The notes under the pieces were generated by a model. That model was not told the origin of the DNA and did not search any database. It saw only the letters and a program-made list of their open reading frames with translations. Source: Macrostomum lignano (Eukaryota). Taken from it: DNA of 64,000 nucleotides. The position numbers were made by a program, and so were the translations under genes. The stretch is from positions 558,001-622,000 of the forward strand of contig NIVC01000059.1 of NCBI GenBank assembly GCA_002269645.1, written 5' to 3'. The first letter of the stretch is position 1. Each line of letters begins with the position of its first letter. Positions 62,860-64,000 of this stretch are shown in pieces.

Positions 62860-63705
62860 GAGTGGGTGTCGGAGTGGGATGGGTGTCGGAGTGGGTGGGT
62901 GTCGGAGTGGGTGGGTGTCGGAGTGGGTGGGTGTCGGAGTGGTGTGGGTGTCAGAGTGGGGTGAATGTCGGAGTGGGATGGGTGTCGGAGTGGGTGGGTG
63001 TCGGAGTGGTGTGGGTGTCAGAGTGGGGTGAATGTCGGAGTGGGTGGGTGTCGGAGTGGGTGGGTGTCGGAGTGGGGTGGGTGTCAGAGTTGGGTGGGTG
63101 TCGAAGTGGGGTAGATGTCGGAGTGGGGTGGGTGTCGGAGTGGGGTGGGTGCCAGAGTGGGGTGAATGTTGGAGTGGGGTGGGTGTCGGAGTGGGGTGGG
63201 TGTCGGAGTGGGGTGGGTGTCGGAGTGGTGTGGGTGTCAGAGTGGGGTGAATGTTGGAGTGGGGTGGGTGTCGGAGTGGGGTGGGTGTCGGAGTGGTGTG
63301 GGTGTCAGAGTGGGGTGAATTTCGGAGTGGGGTGGGTGTCGGAGTGGGGTGAATGTTGGAGTGGGGTGGGTGTCGGAGTGGGGTGGGTGTCGGAGTGGTG
63401 TGGGTGTCAGAGTGGGGTGAATTTCGGAGTGGGGTGGGTGTCGGAGTGGGGTGAATGTTGGAGTGGGGTGGGTGTCGGAGTGGGGTGGGTGTCGGAGTGG
63501 GGTGAATGTTGGAGTGGGGTGGGTGTCGGAGTGGGGTGGGTGTCGGAGTGGTGTGGGTGTCAGAGTGGGGTGAATGTCGGAGTGGGGTGGGTGTCGGAGT
63601 GGGGTGGGTGTCACGGTGAGGTGAGTATCGGAGTGGGGTGGGTGTCGGAGTGGGGTGGGTGTCACGGTGGGGTGAGTATCGGAGTGGGGTGGGTGTTGGA
63701 GTGAG
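62860..63705. repeat. G-rich ~17-18-bp minisatellite (GGAGTGGGGTGGGTGTC)
   Basis: Tandem copies. Confidence 0.9.
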
Positions 63706-64000
63706 GTGGTTGTAGCAGGCTTGGAGATACACGAAAATCACTGAATCTTAAAGTAGTTCCAGCAGTGAACTAATAAACAAATTACATGGCTTTTTTATTC
63801 TTGAAGTGAATATTTCTCTAGCGGAAGCAACTTTGCAAAAAATGTAAACAAAAAAAGAAGATTTTGTAAGGGCAAATACTCTATCTGTTTAGCTGTGGAA
63901 GACAGACCAGCTGTAACAACGGACGGCTTCATTAGTCATTACTTCGTAATAAAATGTCCGATAGACGAAAAAGCGTCATTTAAACATCTCGTACAAGTTA

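Noticed and set aside
61300-63741. 339-aa and 299-aa minus ORFs as the true ankyrin N-terminus
   Set aside because: Their N-terminal parts translate minisatellites; homology to PP6 ankyrin subunits begins only near the ATG at 61692.

Overview
Eukaryotic genomic DNA, inferred to be a free-living flatworm such as Macrostomum. The basis is GC-rich exons, introns and intergenic gaps filled with minisatellites, an animal USP gene, and flatworm-style Ly6 and DEG/ENaC genes; the organism cannot be confirmed from the window alone. Nine spliced protein-coding genes were reconstructed by hand from GT-AG junctions and reading-frame continuity. Plus strand: a Ly6/three-finger GPI protein (578-6724), mucolipin/TRPML (14168-21030), an ankyrin-like SOCS-box protein (24355-29014), a folate-receptor-family protein (30687-31857), ITFG2 (33248-37017), a universal stress protein (38644-39856) and an orphan small secreted protein (43998-44745). 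Minus strand: a DEG/ENaC channel (54147-45971) and a PP6 regulatory ankyrin subunit of the ANKRD28/44/52 family (61692-56495). Mobile DNA: a young but disabled Mag-type Gypsy LTR element with target-site duplication inside the Ly6 intron, two RTE-like LINE fragments, a deleted mariner, a MITE, a foldback remnant and a three-copy SINE-like hairpin repeat. Most long ORFs in the supplied track are artefacts of tandem repeats. The most interesting signals are (1) a ~420-nt minus-strand cassette (tRNA-like head, conserved hairpin, 18-bp inverted repeat, Penelope-type hammerhead ribozyme), (2) a run of six co-oriented genes with 3' splice sites just ahead of the ORFs, one of which may take its start codon from the spliced leader, and (3) a palindrome-plus-spacer 42-bp array.
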